Part shown: positions 9,940-20,533 of the stretch, piece after piece
Numbering within the stretch: the stretch's first letter is position 1
Layout: each line of letters opens with the position of its first letter
Assembly (NCBI GenBank): GCA_002293535.1
Contig: DBDK01000008.1
Location: 311,654 to 375,653 of the forward strand
Length of the DNA: 64,000 bases
DNA from: Alistipes sp. UBA934
GTDB lineage: Bacteria; Bacteroidota; Bacteroidia; Bacteroidales; Rikenellaceae
Direction: 5' to 3'
The notes under the pieces: model-generated
Database searches by the model: none
What the model saw: only the letters and a program-made list of their open reading frames with translations
What the model was told of the DNA's origin: nothing
Made by a program: the position numbers and the translations under genes

Positions 9940-9949
9940 TCTGTTTCTC

Positions 9950-11917
9950 TCATTTTAATTTCGCTGTGGCCGTTGCCACCATTTCGCACTTGGCGCAATC
10001 GAAATCGAGCCATAAACGAGTTCGGCCGCGCTCTAAAAACAGGTCGCCTCTCTCCTTCGGGACATCGCACAAGCACTCGCTCAACTCTCTGCGAATACAG
10101 TATTTAGTTCGCATAACCACTTCACCGTCAAGATTTTGCCGCAATTCGAGGCTGGGTTCTATCTCCGTCACGCCGTGATCGCGATAAAACTTCTCGGCAA
10201 GATGATTGGTGACATTTTCCGCAGCAGTCAGGTGCGTGCGCGGAAACTCACAGTCAAAGACTTCGCTGGAGGCGTCTCGCGAGGGAGATAACACCGGATC
10301 CTTTTGTCGCTCATCCAAAAGCTTCTGCAACCCCTCGCGACGCAGGGAGGCAAGCATCGACACAGGCACAAATGTCGGAACGCCAACTATCTCGGTTTCA
10401 GTAACATTGAAGATAGTATCACCACTTCGCGAAAGCTCCTCGCGAGCCGTGGCTACCATCTTTGCCTGATCTCGCGCCTGATCGAACCGAGTGCCGACCG
10501 AAGGAGTTCGCGTCGCCTCGACCGAGAGTCCGGTTTCATCTGTGAAGTGTACACAAACCTGCTCCGCAGTCGCCTCCAATCGCGCCGATACATTGATTTT
10601 TCGGCGTGTCCTGCTACGCTCCAACGCTCGATTGAAAAGGATATCAAAATTGCGATAGACCTCTGTATTCGTCGTAATTCCCTGAATTTCATTGGGATAA
10701 ATACGATCTGTTTCGATGCGATTTATGTTCGTCCCTCGCAGCTCTCCATCGGCGAAGTAGCAGATCCCGTCGCCGGGTGCGAGTTTGGCGGTCGGATCTG
10801 CAAGCGTAAAAAACCAATTACCGGTACGCTCGCAGGCTACTTTTTCGACCCTTCCAACAGGCTCGCCCATCGCCTTGGGTGTGTCGAAAGATGCAACGCC
10901 CGAAGCCCATCGTGAACTTGCCTCACCCTTCGTCGGGCCGCCAAAAAAGTAGTCGGATGCGCCACGTGTGAAACTTTTTGCAAGGTCAGGCACGAAATCA
11001 GGCTTCGAATGACCAATCGATGCGCGCTGCACGTTTGGCCTCTCGACCAAAGTTGCGTCAAGCGCTGAACGATAATAGCTTACCACGTTGCGAACATAAC
11101 CGATATCCTTCAATCGACCCTCGATTTTCAGCGACATCACCCCGGCATCCAACAGTTCGCCAAGATGGGCCGACAGGTCGAGATCGCGCACCGAGAGCAG
11201 ATGCTTACCTTTAATGATAACCTGCCCCGAAGAGTCCACAAGATCCCACGCCAGTCTGCAAGGCTGACTACAATTGCCTCTGTTTCCGCTTCTTACGTCG
11301 TGATTACCAGTCATCGCGCGACTCAAAAAACAGCGCCCGCTATAACCGACGCAAATTGCCCCGTGGACGAAAACTTCGAGCCCGACAGAACGAGAGGCAA
11401 CAGAGGAATCGGAATATGTGACCGATGCCGGCACAGTGGCGCGGCGGATATTTCGAATCTCATCCAGTGAAAGTGCACGCTCCAAAATCACGCGCGAAAA
11501 ACCCACACTACCCAAAAACACAGCGTCTTGAGGAGTACGGCAAGAGGTCTGAGTGGAAGCGTGCAGTTCGATAGTGCCTAAACTCACCGCCGTAGCAACA
11601 GCCGGAATCCTCAGCCACGCCATATCCTGAACAATGAAAGCATCCACACCGGCATCGATCAATTCGCGCGCAGCTTGCTCTGCGTCAGAAAGTTCGTTGT
11701 CGAAAAGGAGTGTGTTAAGCGTGGCATAGACCCTCACTGAGAACGGGCGGGCATAACGCACCAAAGCGGCGATATCCTCCACCGGATTGCCAGCCGCGTG
11801 CCTCGCTCCGAAACCCGGCCCACCGATATAAACAGCATCGGCACCGCAATCAATAGCAGCACGGCCCGCTTCGAGATTGCGGGCCGGTGCCAAAAGTTCT
11901 ATTTTTGTGGGGCTCAA
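9950..11917 (-). CDS. Peptidase U32 family protein (long form)
   Basis: 655 aa. The N-terminus ELLAPARNLEAGRAAIDCGADAVYIGG and FVHGAICVGYSGRCFLS are typical of U32. Confidence 0.88.
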   Translation of the reverse strand: MSPTKIELLAPARNLEAGRAAIDCGADAVYIGGPGFGARHAAGNPVEDIAALVRYARPFSVRVYATLNTLLFDNELSDAEQAARELIDAGVDAFIVQDMAWLRIPAVATAVSLGTIELHASTQTSCRTPQDAVFLGSVGFSRVILERALSLDEIRNIRRATVPASVTYSDSSVASRSVGLEVFVHGAICVGYSGRCFLSRAMTGNHDVRSGNRGNCSQPCRLAWDLVDSSGQVIIKGKHLLSVRDLDLSAHLGELLDAGVMSLKIEGRLKDIGYVRNVVSYYRSALDATLVERPNVQRASIGHSKPDFVPDLAKSFTRGASDYFFGGPTKGEASSRWASGVASFDTPKAMGEPVGRVEKVACERTGNWFFTLADPTAKLAPGDGICYFADGELRGTNINRIETDRIYPNEIQGITTNTEVYRNFDILFNRALERSRTRRKINVSARLEATAEQVCVHFTDETGLSVEATRTPSVGTRFDQARDQAKMVATAREELSRSGDTIFNVTETEIVGVPTFVPVSMLASLRREGLQKLLDERQKDPVLSPSRDASSEVFDCEFPRTHLTAAENVTNHLAEKFYRDHGVTEIEPSLELRQNLDGEVVMRTKYCIRRELSECLCDVPKERGDLFLERGRTRLWLDFDCAKCEMVATATAKLK

Positions 11918-12693
11918 TTTGCCGGCTGAGCAGCAGCCTTCTGGAACTCAACGATCTGGGTTTTCATTGCGGTGGCCTTTTCATCGGCAGGAATGGCGGA
12001 GAGAATCTCGTCCAACGCGGCAAGAGCGGAGACAAGGTCCTGAGCCTGAGCTGCTTCATTAGCACGTATGAGGTTGTCTTCCGAAAACTTCGCGGCGGCT
12101 TGGGCAGCAGCTTCAGCAAAGCGGCTATCCTGCTCGCCGAGAGCCATAACGGCCCTGTAAACTTCGTTACCTTTGGTGTAGTCGCCCATTCCTATATAGC
12201 TCATAGCCAGATTCATCGCAACAGCAGTATCGTTCGGATTCCCTGCGTAACCCTTTGCAAAAATAGCGGCTGCCGTGGCGTAATCCTTAGCGTTGAACGC
12301 ATCGGCACCCTGACGCAACACCGTGCGGCCAATCCAAGTGCGAGCGTTGTTCATAACCGACACGTTACCATACAGTTCCGCTAATTCGGCAGCGCGAGAG
12401 AACGAAGCCAACGCTTCGTCCAATTTGCCGCCCCGAAACTGCTGACCGCCCACTTGGAAGACTGCGGTCGGCAGGTGTTTTTTGGCTTCTACGACCAATT
12501 CTTCGGCACCATCTGTTTCCAGTCCTTCGTCTATAACTGCCTCGAACAGAGGAATTGCGGCGATAAAATTTTTAGCCTTCAGAGCTTCTGCGGCTTCGGA
12601 GAATTTAGCGTTCACGGCGGTCAGATCTTGCGCCGAAACATTGCACGCGACCACCAGAGCTGTGGCTACGAGCGCGATTTTGAGCATTTTCAT
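11914..12693 (-). CDS. Secreted TPR-repeat protein
   Basis: The start was trimmed to MKMLKIALVATALVVACNVSAQ, a signal peptide. The longer ORF that extends to 12942 would overlap tadA. The sequence is Ala-rich with TPR-like repeats. Confidence 0.75.
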   Translation of the reverse strand: MKMLKIALVATALVVACNVSAQDLTAVNAKFSEAAEALKAKNFIAAIPLFEAVIDEGLETDGAEELVVEAKKHLPTAVFQVGGQQFRGGKLDEALASFSRAAELAELYGNVSVMNNARTWIGRTVLRQGADAFNAKDYATAAAIFAKGYAGNPNDTAVAMNLAMSYIGMGDYTKGNEVYRAVMALGEQDSRFAEAAAQAAAKFSEDNLIRANEAAQAQDLVSALAALDEILSAIPADEKATAMKTQIVEFQKAAAQPAN

Positions 12694-12739
12694 AGTCTTT
12701 AATATTCGATTGATTAGTGTGTTCGTTTTGCAAAAATAA

Positions 12740-13198
12740 TTATTTTCTGACATTTTGAAAAAAATCACCCACCAATCGGCCACATTCGTCGGCCAAAACG
12801 CCGGAAACGACCGTGGTTCGGGGATGGAGAAGAGGATGGTTCGAAGGGGCGGAGGCGGATTCGTACTTAGAAAATCCGCGTTTCGGGTCGTCGGCACCCC
12901 ACACCAATCTTCCCAACTGGCTCCAAGCCATCGCACCGGCACACATTACGCACGGTTCGATGGTGACATATAACGTACAGTCGTTCAGATACTTGCCTCC
13001 AAGAGCCGACGAGGCGGCGGTGATCGCCTGCATCTCGGCGTGAGCGGTTGCATCGGTGAGAGTTTCGACAAGATTGTGACCGCGACCGATGATAACGCCG
13101 TTAGCAACAACCACTGCCCCGATGGGTACTTCACCCCGTTCGAGAGCCGTGCGAGCCTCATTTAGCGCTTGGCGCATAAATTTTTCGTCGGTTTCCAT
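12740..13198 (-). CDS. tadA: tRNA adenosine(34) deaminase
   Basis: 152 aa with the CDA zinc motifs HAEMQAI and PCVMCAGA. Confidence 0.93.
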   Translation of the reverse strand: METDEKFMRQALNEARTALERGEVPIGAVVVANGVIIGRGHNLVETLTDATAHAEMQAITAASSALGGKYLNDCTLYVTIEPCVMCAGAMAWSQLGRLVWGADDPKRGFSKYESASAPSNHPLLHPRTTVVSGVLADECGRLVGDFFQNVRK

Positions 13199-13207
13199 AA
13201 AAAATCG

Positions 13208-13215
13208 TACTTTTG
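13208..13215 (+). promoter_or_regulatory. -7 box TACTTTTG upstream of aspS
   Basis: Matches TAnnTTTG and lies 22 nt upstream of the ATG at 13237. Confidence 0.45.
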
Positions 13216-13236
13216 CGAACGTAAAGATAGAAAATT

Positions 13237-14988
13237 ATGTACAGAACAAATACTTGCGGCGAATTAGGGCTCGCAAATGCAGGCGAAAACGTGACTCTGG
13301 CCGGCTGGGTGCAAAAGGTGCGCAATCTTGGGGCGATGACGTTTATTGATTTACGTGACCGTTACGGGATTACGCAGCTTGTTGTGGATGAGCACGCTGA
13401 GGCGGAACTCAAGGAAGCTGCCGATGGGCTTGGACGCGAATTCGTGATTCAGGTCAAAGGGCGAGTCATCGAGCGGGCGAGCAAAAACCCCAAAATGGTC
13501 ACAGGCGACATAGAGGTGGTTCTCAGTGAGTTGAAGGTTTTGAGCAAGGCCGACACTCCGCCGTTCACGATCGAAGAAACGAGCGACGGCGGCGACGACC
13601 TGCGAATGAAATACAGGTATCTGGATCTGCGCCGCCCACCGCTGCAAAGAGCAATGATGCTGAGACACAGAGTGGCACAGGCGGCAAGAAGGTTCCTCGA
13701 CGGTGAAGGATTTATGGAGATAGAGACGCCGTTCCTGATAGGATCGACTCCGGAAGGAGCGAGAGATTTCGTGGTGCCGTCGAGAATGAACGCCGGCCAA
13801 TTTTACGCACTGCCGCAGAGTCCGCAGACCTTCAAGCAACTGCTGATGGTGGCGGGCTATGATAAATATTTCCAGATAGTCAGGTGTTTCCGAGATGAAG
13901 ACCTGAGAGCCGACCGCCAACCGGAGTTCACCCAGATCGATTGCGAGATGTCGTTCGTAGAGCAGGAAGATGTGCTTGCGACCTTCGAGGGGATGATGCG
14001 GTTTATGTTTCGCGAGACGCTTGGGGTCGAGTTCGGGGCCGAACCGTTCAGGCGGATGAGTTGGGTCGAGGCAATGACGAAATATGGCAACGACAAACCC
14101 GACCTGCGCTTCGGAATGGAGATCCACGAGCTGACCGGTCTTGCTAAAGGTCACGGATTCAGCGTGTTCGACGATGCGGAATACATCGGCGCGATCGTTG
14201 CGACCGGCTGCGGAAACTACACGAGAAAGCAGATAGACGAACTGACCGAATATGTTAAGCGACCACAGATCGGTGCCAAAGGGCTGGTCTGGGTGCGACT
14301 CGAAGAGGACGGCAGCATCAAATCGAGTGTGGATAAATTCTACGCACCGGAAGTTTTGCGGGCCTGGGCAACCGAGCTGGAAGCCGTTGCCGGAGATATA
14401 ATATTCGTGGTGAGCGGCACGCGGACGCAGTCGCTGAGAGTGTTGAGCGAATTGAGACTGGAGATGGGCGAACGATTGGGGCTTCGCGACCGTGCGAAAT
14501 TTGCGCCACTGTGGGTAGTGGATTTTCCGCTACTCGAATGGGACGACGAAACCAAGCGCTATTACGCTATGCACCACCCGTTTACATCGCCAAAACCGGA
14601 AGACATTCCCCTGCTCGGCTCAGATCCGGGAAAGGTGAGGGCAAATGCTTATGACTTCGTGGTGAACGGCGTGGAAGTAGGCGGTGGTTCGATTCGTATT
14701 TTTGACTCGTCGCTACAGGCACAAATGTTTGACCTGCTGGGCTTTACCCCTGAAAAAGCGCAAGAACAATTCGGCTTCCTGATGAACGCTTTCCGCTTTG
14801 GCGCACCACCCCACGGAGGTATAGCATTCGGTTTCGACCGCCTGTGCTCGCTGTTCGGAGGAGCCGACTCTATCCGCGACTATATCGCCTTTCCGAAGAA
14901 CAACTCCGGCCGCGACGTGATGATAGATGCACCCTCGACCATTGACCCTGAACAACTTAAAGAGCTATGTTTGGAAATAAAACTTTGA
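13237..14988 (+). CDS. aspS: Aspartate--tRNA ligase
   Basis: 583 aa with [10 protein letters not shown]..., class II motifs [18 protein letters not shown] and GGGSIRI. Confidence 0.98.
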   Translation: MYRTNTCGELGLANAGENVTLAGWVQKVRNLGAMTFIDLRDRYGITQLVVDEHAEAELKEAADGLGREFVIQVKGRVIERASKNPKMVTGDIEVVLSELKVLSKADTPPFTIEETSDGGDDLRMKYRYLDLRRPPLQRAMMLRHRVAQAARRFLDGEGFMEIETPFLIGSTPEGARDFVVPSRMNAGQFYALPQSPQTFKQLLMVAGYDKYFQIVRCFRDEDLRADRQPEFTQIDCEMSFVEQEDVLATFEGMMRFMFRETLGVEFGAEPFRRMSWVEAMTKYGNDKPDLRFGMEIHELTGLAKGHGFSVFDDAEYIGAIVATGCGNYTRKQIDELTEYVKRPQIGAKGLVWVRLEEDGSIKSSVDKFYAPEVLRAWATELEAVAGDIIFVVSGTRTQSLRVLSELRLEMGERLGLRDRAKFAPLWVVDFPLLEWDDETKRYYAMHHPFTSPKPEDIPLLGSDPGKVRANAYDFVVNGVEVGGGSIRIFDSSLQAQMFDLLGFTPEKAQEQFGFLMNAFRFGAPPHGGIAFGFDRLCSLFGGADSIRDYIAFPKNNSGRDVMIDAPSTIDPEQLKELCLEIKL

Positions 14989-15890
14989 CTATAGGTCTGC
15001 TGGCGGCGGGGTTGCTGGCGGCGTGTACGGGAAAAGAGATCGTGGAGTACGAAATTCCGGTCAAAAGCGTGAGCGTCCAGCCCACACAAATGGTATTGGC
15101 ATTGGGTAGCAAGGAAACGATTGTAGCGACGGTTTTACCCGAAGACGCAACTAATAAAAACGTAGACTGGACTTCGAATGCTCCCGAAATCGCGAGTGTC
15201 GATGACAGAGGCAGGGTAGCCGGTCTCATTGTTGGTCAAGCGGTTATAACGGCAACGACTGAAGATGGCAGGAAAACGGCGACTTGTACGGTAACTGTCA
15301 GAGAATCGGTGCCATTCTATGTTTCGGTGAGCGACTTTCCCGATTTTTCGGGTGAGGTGGATGTTCCGTTCGACAAGGTTTTCGACAACGTGAGAGCCGA
15401 GATCACCGGTTTCGATTGGCAGGTGATAGAAACCATCCAAGCGACCATTGAGGATGGCCGAGTTATCCTCGATCTTCCTGATTCGTTCTCCGCCGAACAA
15501 TTATGCAAGGTTGCACGCGACACTTACTCTGATTATGAGGGATTTTGGCCGGCCGAACAGGTTAGTGATCGCAATGCGAAAGTGGCGGGCCTGGGCGACT
15601 TCATAGCTTATAGAGGCGATGAGCGTGTAGGAAGAATATTTTTGTCCGACTGGGACGGCGATCACGCCAATAAGTTGGGCGTCACGTATATTTATTTTCA
15701 CTTTGCCGATCGACCATTTACACTGGCAGGCAACAACTTACGCCGCGCAAATCAACAGACCTCTTTCCATTATAGCGCTTCGTTCGCCGAGGGTTGGAAC
15801 GCATACGCAAATATAGACGGCGGAACGAACCCAACAATCTGTATCACAGACCTTTCCGGCGTTTCAAGCCTTCACTGGCGATTCGAGTAA
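14967..15890 (+). CDS. Lipoprotein with Big_2 (bacterial Ig-like) domain
   Basis: It has the lipobox LLAAC. The Big_2-like stretch is [45 protein letters not shown]. Confidence 0.8.
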   Translation: MFGNKTLTIGLLAAGLLAACTGKEIVEYEIPVKSVSVQPTQMVLALGSKETIVATVLPEDATNKNVDWTSNAPEIASVDDRGRVAGLIVGQAVITATTEDGRKTATCTVTVRESVPFYVSVSDFPDFSGEVDVPFDKVFDNVRAEITGFDWQVIETIQATIEDGRVILDLPDSFSAEQLCKVARDTYSDYEGFWPAEQVSDRNAKVAGLGDFIAYRGDERVGRIFLSDWDGDHANKLGVTYIYFHFADRPFTLAGNNLRRANQQTSFHYSASFAEGWNAYANIDGGTNPTICITDLSGVSSLHWRFE

Positions 15891-15921
15891 GACGCAACGG
15901 TGGCGGCGAGTTATTGCTACG

Positions 15922-15959
15922 CAAGACTTACAAATAATCACAAGACTTACAAATAATCA
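15922..15959. repeat. Perfect 19-bp tandem duplication (caagacttacaaataatca x2)
   Basis: Copy 1 is at 15922-15940 and copy 2 at 15941-15959. Copy 2 contains the nadB stop codon and the last codons of the gene. Confidence 0.9.
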
Positions 15960-17500
15960 GTCGAATAATGCAGGCCGACGCTTTCGTGGCGGGCACGGGC
16001 TTGCTTTATTATAAGGTATCCTACCGTGATCATATTTCGAAGCTCGCAAAGAGGCTTGCTGGGGGTGGTTTTCGCGTAGAGCTCCTCGGTCTCCTGCCAG
16101 ATTATTTGCAGACGCCGCATAGCCCTTTCGAGGCGCAGGTTGGAACGAACGATGCCCACATAGTTACTCATAATTTGTTGCATCTCCTTGGCATTCTGCG
16201 TGATAAGCACCATCTCTTCGGGTGCGGCAGTGCCATCGTCATTCCAGTCCGGAATCCCTTCCTGAAGTTCCACCTTTTTTAGACGCTCTGATGCGTGACG
16301 CGCTGCCTGATCGGCATAAACTATCGCCTCGATCAATGAATTGGAAGCCAGACGATTGGCTCCGTGAAGGCCGGTACACGACGCCTCGCCCAGCGCATAA
16401 AGCCGGTTAATGGAGCTCTCGCCATCGAGATTCACCTTGATGCCGCCCGTACAATAGTGTGCAGCCGGAACAACCGGGATACACTGGCGCGTAATATCGA
16501 TCCCGCGAGAGAGGCATTTGTCGTAAATGTTGGGGAAATGGTCGATGATGTCTTGCGCCTGACGATGCGTAACATCCAGATACACAAATTCATCTCCGCG
16601 GATTTTCATTTCGTGGTCGATGCTTCGGGCCACAATATCGCGCGGCGCAAGAGAACCCATCGGATGGTAGCGATGCATAAACTCTTTGCCGTTCTGGAGC
16701 TTCAACACCGCCCCGAAGCCGCGCATAGCCTCCGAAATGAGAAACGAGGGCCGCTCGCCGGGATCGTACAACGAGGTGGGATGGAACTGAATGAACTCCA
16801 TATCCTGGGTCAAACCCTTGGCTCTATGCACCATAGCGATGCCGTCGCCTGTAGCCACTGCCGGATTCGTTGTGGTGTTATAAACATTGCCCACACCGCC
16901 GGTAGCCACAATCGTAAACTTAGCGCGAAAGGCTTCGATCAGACCGCTCTCCAGGTCCAAAACATACGCCCCGAAGCATACTATCTTTTTGCTATGCTTG
17001 GTAACTATCTCACCCAGATGGTGTTGCGTCAAAAGATCGACTGCAAAATGGTTTTCGTGGATGGTAATGTCGGGATGCAGGCGAACCTGTTCTACGAGAG
17101 CACGCTCGATCTCGGCCCCGGTTAAATCCTTGTGGTGCAGGATCCTGTGCTCGGTGTGGCCTCCTTCGCGCGCCAACTCGTACGTACCGTCGGGTTTCTT
17201 GTCGAACCGCGTGCCCCACTCTATCAGATCGCTAATCAGTTCCGGAGCCCTCCTCACAACGAGATTCACCGCCTCCGGGTCGTTTTTGCCTGCACCGGCT
17301 GCCATCGTGTCAGCAATATGACGCTCAAAAGAATCGGAAGCGTCCGTCACCGAGCTAATCCCGCCCTGAGCAAAGCGCGTGTTACTCTCGGTGACCGCGG
17401 CTTTGGTCACAATAGTCACCTTACCAAATTCGGCAGCCTTCAGCGCGAAGCTCAACCCGGCAGCCCCGCTGCCGATCACCAAAAAATCCGTGTCAATCAT
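15947..17500 (-). CDS. nadB: L-aspartate oxidase
   Basis: 517 aa with the FAD motif VIGSGAAGL, plus HGANRLASNSL. Confidence 0.96.
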   Translation of the reverse strand: MIDTDFLVIGSGAAGLSFALKAAEFGKVTIVTKAAVTESNTRFAQGGISSVTDASDSFERHIADTMAAGAGKNDPEAVNLVVRRAPELISDLIEWGTRFDKKPDGTYELAREGGHTEHRILHHKDLTGAEIERALVEQVRLHPDITIHENHFAVDLLTQHHLGEIVTKHSKKIVCFGAYVLDLESGLIEAFRAKFTIVATGGVGNVYNTTTNPAVATGDGIAMVHRAKGLTQDMEFIQFHPTSLYDPGERPSFLISEAMRGFGAVLKLQNGKEFMHRYHPMGSLAPRDIVARSIDHEMKIRGDEFVYLDVTHRQAQDIIDHFPNIYDKCLSRGIDITRQCIPVVPAAHYCTGGIKVNLDGESSINRLYALGEASCTGLHGANRLASNSLIEAIVYADQAARHASERLKKVELQEGIPDWNDDGTAAPEEMVLITQNAKEMQQIMSNYVGIVRSNLRLERAMRRLQIIWQETEELYAKTTPSKPLCELRNMITVGYLIIKQARARHESVGLHYSTDYL

Positions 17501-17514
17501 ATTGCAAATTTAAC

Positions 17515-17522
17515 TATTTTTG
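17515..17522 (+). promoter_or_regulatory. -7 box TATTTTTG upstream of xerD
   Basis: Matches TAnnTTTG just upstream of the ATG at 17527. Confidence 0.35.
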
Positions 17523-17526
17523 CAAT

Positions 17527-18429
17527 ATGAGCGACGTCTCCAAAAGATGGGATGATATTTCCCGAAAATACCGTAACTACATCCGGCTTGAAAAACGTCT
17601 TGCGGGTAACACCGTCGAGAGTTATATGCGTGATCTTGAGCAGTTTGCCAATTTCGTATGCACAGAGCACAACGTCGTTCCACGCTGGGTGACGGCTCCG
17701 ATGGTGGAGCAGTTTATGGCCTCGCTCTATGACCTTGGAGCCGAGAAAGCCACTCAAGCGCGCATCCTGAGCGGGGTTAAGAGCTTTTTCAACTACCTGC
17801 TCCTGGAGGAGATTATCGACTCGTCGCCCGCCGAATTCGTGGATGGCCCAAAACTGGCTCGCAAGCTGCCCGACGTACTCTCCACCGATGAGATCGACCG
17901 AATCCTGGCTACCTTCGATGGGGGAAGCGATCTGGGTATTCGCAACACAGCGATGATGGAGACTCTTTACAGTTGCGGCCTGAGGGTTTCGGAGCTCGTG
18001 GGGTTGAGGCTCAGCGACCTGTTTTTCGACGACGGATTTGTTCGCATCACCGGTAAGGGCGATCGCCAACGTCTTGTTCCTCTAAGTGGTACGGCCCGTC
18101 AGCGCATCCAGAAATACCTCTCTGTTCGAGACTCCGCCGTGACGACCGATACGTTGTTTTTAAACGTTCGCGGACGTGGTCTAACCCGCGTGATGGTGTT
18201 TCTTGTGCTCAAGGAGGCGGTCGCAGCGGCAGGAATCGACAAAACGGTAAGTCCTCACACTCTGCGACATAGCTTTGCCACTCATCTTCTCGAGGGTGGA
18301 GCCAGTATTCGTCAGGTTCAGGAACTCCTGGGCCACGAGAGCATACTCACTACCGAAATTTACACCCACCTGGACACCTCCCACCTGCGTAAAACCATCG
18401 ACGAGCACCATCCGCTATCACGGAAATAA
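17527..18429 (+). CDS. xerD: Site-specific tyrosine recombinase XerD
   Basis: 300 aa with HTLRHSFATHLLEGGASIRQVQELLGHESILTTEIYTH. Confidence 0.94.
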   Translation: MSDVSKRWDDISRKYRNYIRLEKRLAGNTVESYMRDLEQFANFVCTEHNVVPRWVTAPMVEQFMASLYDLGAEKATQARILSGVKSFFNYLLLEEIIDSSPAEFVDGPKLARKLPDVLSTDEIDRILATFDGGSDLGIRNTAMMETLYSCGLRVSELVGLRLSDLFFDDGFVRITGKGDRQRLVPLSGTARQRIQKYLSVRDSAVTTDTLFLNVRGRGLTRVMVFLVLKEAVAAAGIDKTVSPHTLRHSFATHLLEGGASIRQVQELLGHESILTTEIYTHLDTSHLRKTIDEHHPLSRK

Positions 18430-18433
18430 AAAA

Positions 18434-18530
18434 GGGCAGGCTATTTGTGTCGCACCGCTACGACCCACACGCCCTTGCTGCCTTCCGGCCCTGGGGGATT
18501 AGCGGGGAGCTGGTCGCACAAGACCTACCC
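18434..18530 (-). ncRNA. ffs: Signal recognition particle RNA (small bacterial 4.5S type)
   Basis: The reverse strand reads GGGUAGGUCUUGUGCGACCAGCUCCCCGCUAAUCCCCCAGGGCCGGAAGGCAGCAAGGGCGUGUGGGUCGUAGCGGUGCGACACAAAUAGCCUGCCC. It contains the conserved domain IV motif CAGGnCCGGAAGGnAGCA with a GGAA tetraloop. The 5' and 3' ends pair, a U-run follows, and a TACTTTTG box sits about 10 nt upstream. Confidence 0.82.
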
Positions 18531-18539
18531 TTAGAGGGA

Positions 18540-18547
18540 CAAAAGTA
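18540..18547 (-). promoter_or_regulatory. -7 box TACTTTTG for the SRP RNA
   Basis: The reverse complement of caaaagta. It sits about 10 nt upstream of the predicted RNA 5' end. Confidence 0.55.
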
Positions 18548-18634
18548 CGAAAAGCCGAGCGCAATTGCAAGCTTACTTGTAAAATTGCCGAGGCGGAGTA
18601 CTTAAGACGAAGTCAAAAGTACAAAAAAAGTGCG

Positions 18635-18642
18635 TATCTTTG
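18635..18642 (+). promoter_or_regulatory. -7 box TATCTTTG upstream of mltG
   Basis: Matches TAnnTTTG. The ATG at 18651 follows closely. Confidence 0.4.
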
Positions 18643-18650
18643 CGCCGCAT

Positions 18651-19673
18651 ATGAAAAAATCTGTTGTAATTTGGGTTCTACTCGCCGTATTGGCACTTGG
18701 AGCGGTGGCTGCGGTGACGGTTATGTGCGTGGTCAAGTCGGGTGCAGTAGTTCGCGAAGGTTCGTTGTATGTTCCTACGGGTACGACTTTTGATGTGCTG
18801 GTCGATTCACTCCGCGCCGGCCAGAAGATCCGTTTTGTGAGACCTTTCGAGCACTATGCGCGGCGAATCGGCCTGACGGAAAACGTGAAGCCCGGACATT
18901 ACACTCTAACTAAAGGTCAGACTATCATTCAGTTGGCCCGAATGCTTAATCTGGGGCAGCAGACTCCTGTTAATGTTATCGTTCGTCAGTCGAGGCTGCC
19001 GGGGATTTTGGCAGCTCGCGTAGCCGGCCAACTCGAACTCGATTCGGTGTCGCTGCATCAGGCTATGCGCGATCCGGCAATTCTCAAGGAGTACGGGTTC
19101 GACAACGAGTTGGAGCTGTTTTCTCTCTTCATACCAAACACCTACGAAATGTGGTGGACAGCCACGCCTCAGGACTTCATCGCTCGAATGGCTCGTGAAT
19201 ATAATACGTTTTGGAACGAAGACCGCAAAGCCAAACTTCCCCGCACGCGCCTAACCCAAATGGAAGTGAGCAGTCTGGCAGCAATTCTGAACGAAGAGAC
19301 CACCAAGACCGACGAAATGCCCACAATGGCAGGGGTTTACATCAATCGCCTGAGGGCCGGAATGCCTCTTCAGGCCGACCCTACAGTGAAATATGCGATG
19401 GGCGATTTTGCTCTGCGCCGAATCCTCAACAAGCACCTCAAGACTCCTTCACCTTACAATACCTATATTAATAAGGGTCTGCCCCCGACACCCATCACAA
19501 TGCCCTCGATTGCGGCGATCGACGCGGTGCTCGATTTCAAGGAGAGTAACTATCTATATTTCTGCGCAAAAGAGGATTTTTCAGGTTATCATAACTTCGC
19601 GGCAACTTACGCACAGCATCTGGTGAATGCCCGCCGCTATGCCGCCGCACTAAACGCCCGCGGGATAAAATAA
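18651..19673 (+). CDS. mltG: Endolytic transglycosylase MltG (YceG family)
   Basis: The ATG at 18651 gives MKKSVVIWVLLAVLALG, a membrane anchor. The YceG core is MPTMAGVYINRLRAGMPLQADPTVKY. Confidence 0.9.
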   Translation: MKKSVVIWVLLAVLALGAVAAVTVMCVVKSGAVVREGSLYVPTGTTFDVLVDSLRAGQKIRFVRPFEHYARRIGLTENVKPGHYTLTKGQTIIQLARMLNLGQQTPVNVIVRQSRLPGILAARVAGQLELDSVSLHQAMRDPAILKEYGFDNELELFSLFIPNTYEMWWTATPQDFIARMAREYNTFWNEDRKAKLPRTRLTQMEVSSLAAILNEETTKTDEMPTMAGVYINRLRAGMPLQADPTVKYAMGDFALRRILNKHLKTPSPYNTYINKGLPPTPITMPSIAAIDAVLDFKESNYLYFCAKEDFSGYHNFAATYAQHLVNARRYAAALNARGIK

Positions 19674-20464
19674 TGGAGCTGTTTCGGGTCTTTCACCCCT
19701 CGCCGTTGCTTGCTCCGTATGTCAAGCAATATTGGTTGTTGAAGACGGCTGCCGATTCGGCCGAGATACGAACCGTGCCAACGGGTATGACGAACCTCGT
19801 TTTCCATCGTGGCAACCGCCCTTTTTCACTCCGCAACGATGCGTTCCATCCACGGGCCTTTCTTTGCGGCCAGGAGCGCACTTTCTCCGATTTGCGCTAT
19901 CACGGTCAGGTGAATATGATCTCGGTGGTTTTTCGTCCGGCAGGAGCAAGGGCGTTCTTCGATCTGCCTGTCGATCGGTCAGCCGATTTGTGCCTATCGG
20001 CGAGTGACCTTGAGGATAAGGATTTTTCTGCACTGGAAGCCTCGCTGACAAACACACAGGAAGACGACGTGTGTATTCTTTTAATAGAACGGTTTCTGTT
20101 GAACAGGCTCTCCAGCCTTGCCGCGCACAACCTCAAACGCATCGAATCGACCATCGATCTTATCAACTCAGGTCAAACTAACGTCTCCTGTCTTGCCAGT
20201 GCCGCCTGTCTGAGTACCAAACAGTTCGATCGAGTTTTCTCGGAATATGTCGGTGCCCGGCCAAAGGAATTTTCGCGAACCGTTCGTTTTCAGCGCGCGT
20301 TGCATCTGCTCGAAACCGTCCCTAAGATCTCGTTCACCCGGCTTGCTTTCGAGTGCGGTTATTTCGACCAGTCACATCTTATCAAGGAGTTCCGTGCGTT
20401 TTCGGGCTACACTCCGGGGGAGTACCTCTTTGTTTGCTCGCCCCACTCAGATTATTTCAGTTAG
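19673..20464 (+). CDS. AraC-family transcriptional regulator
   Basis: 263 aa with the C-terminal HTH LAFECGYFDQSHLIKEFRAFSGYTPGEY. Confidence 0.88.
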   Translation: MELFRVFHPSPLLAPYVKQYWLLKTAADSAEIRTVPTGMTNLVFHRGNRPFSLRNDAFHPRAFLCGQERTFSDLRYHGQVNMISVVFRPAGARAFFDLPVDRSADLCLSASDLEDKDFSALEASLTNTQEDDVCILLIERFLLNRLSSLAAHNLKRIESTIDLINSGQTNVSCLASAACLSTKQFDRVFSEYVGARPKEFSRTVRFQRALHLLETVPKISFTRLAFECGYFDQSHLIKEFRAFSGYTPGEYLFVCSPHSDYFS

Positions 20465-20533
20465 TCTGTTTTTTACAATTCCGACTCGAACGCCATCTCT
20501 ATTTTTGTACCGTAAACCAAAACCAAAATTGAG

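Noticed and set aside
12694-12942. N-terminal extension of the TPR protein ORF.
   Set aside because: It would overlap tadA by about 200 nt on the same strand. A signal peptide begins at the internal MKMLK start.
13351-14154. 267-aa minus-strand ORF inside aspS.
   Set aside because: It is antisense to the aspartyl-tRNA synthetase gene and has no recognisable domain.
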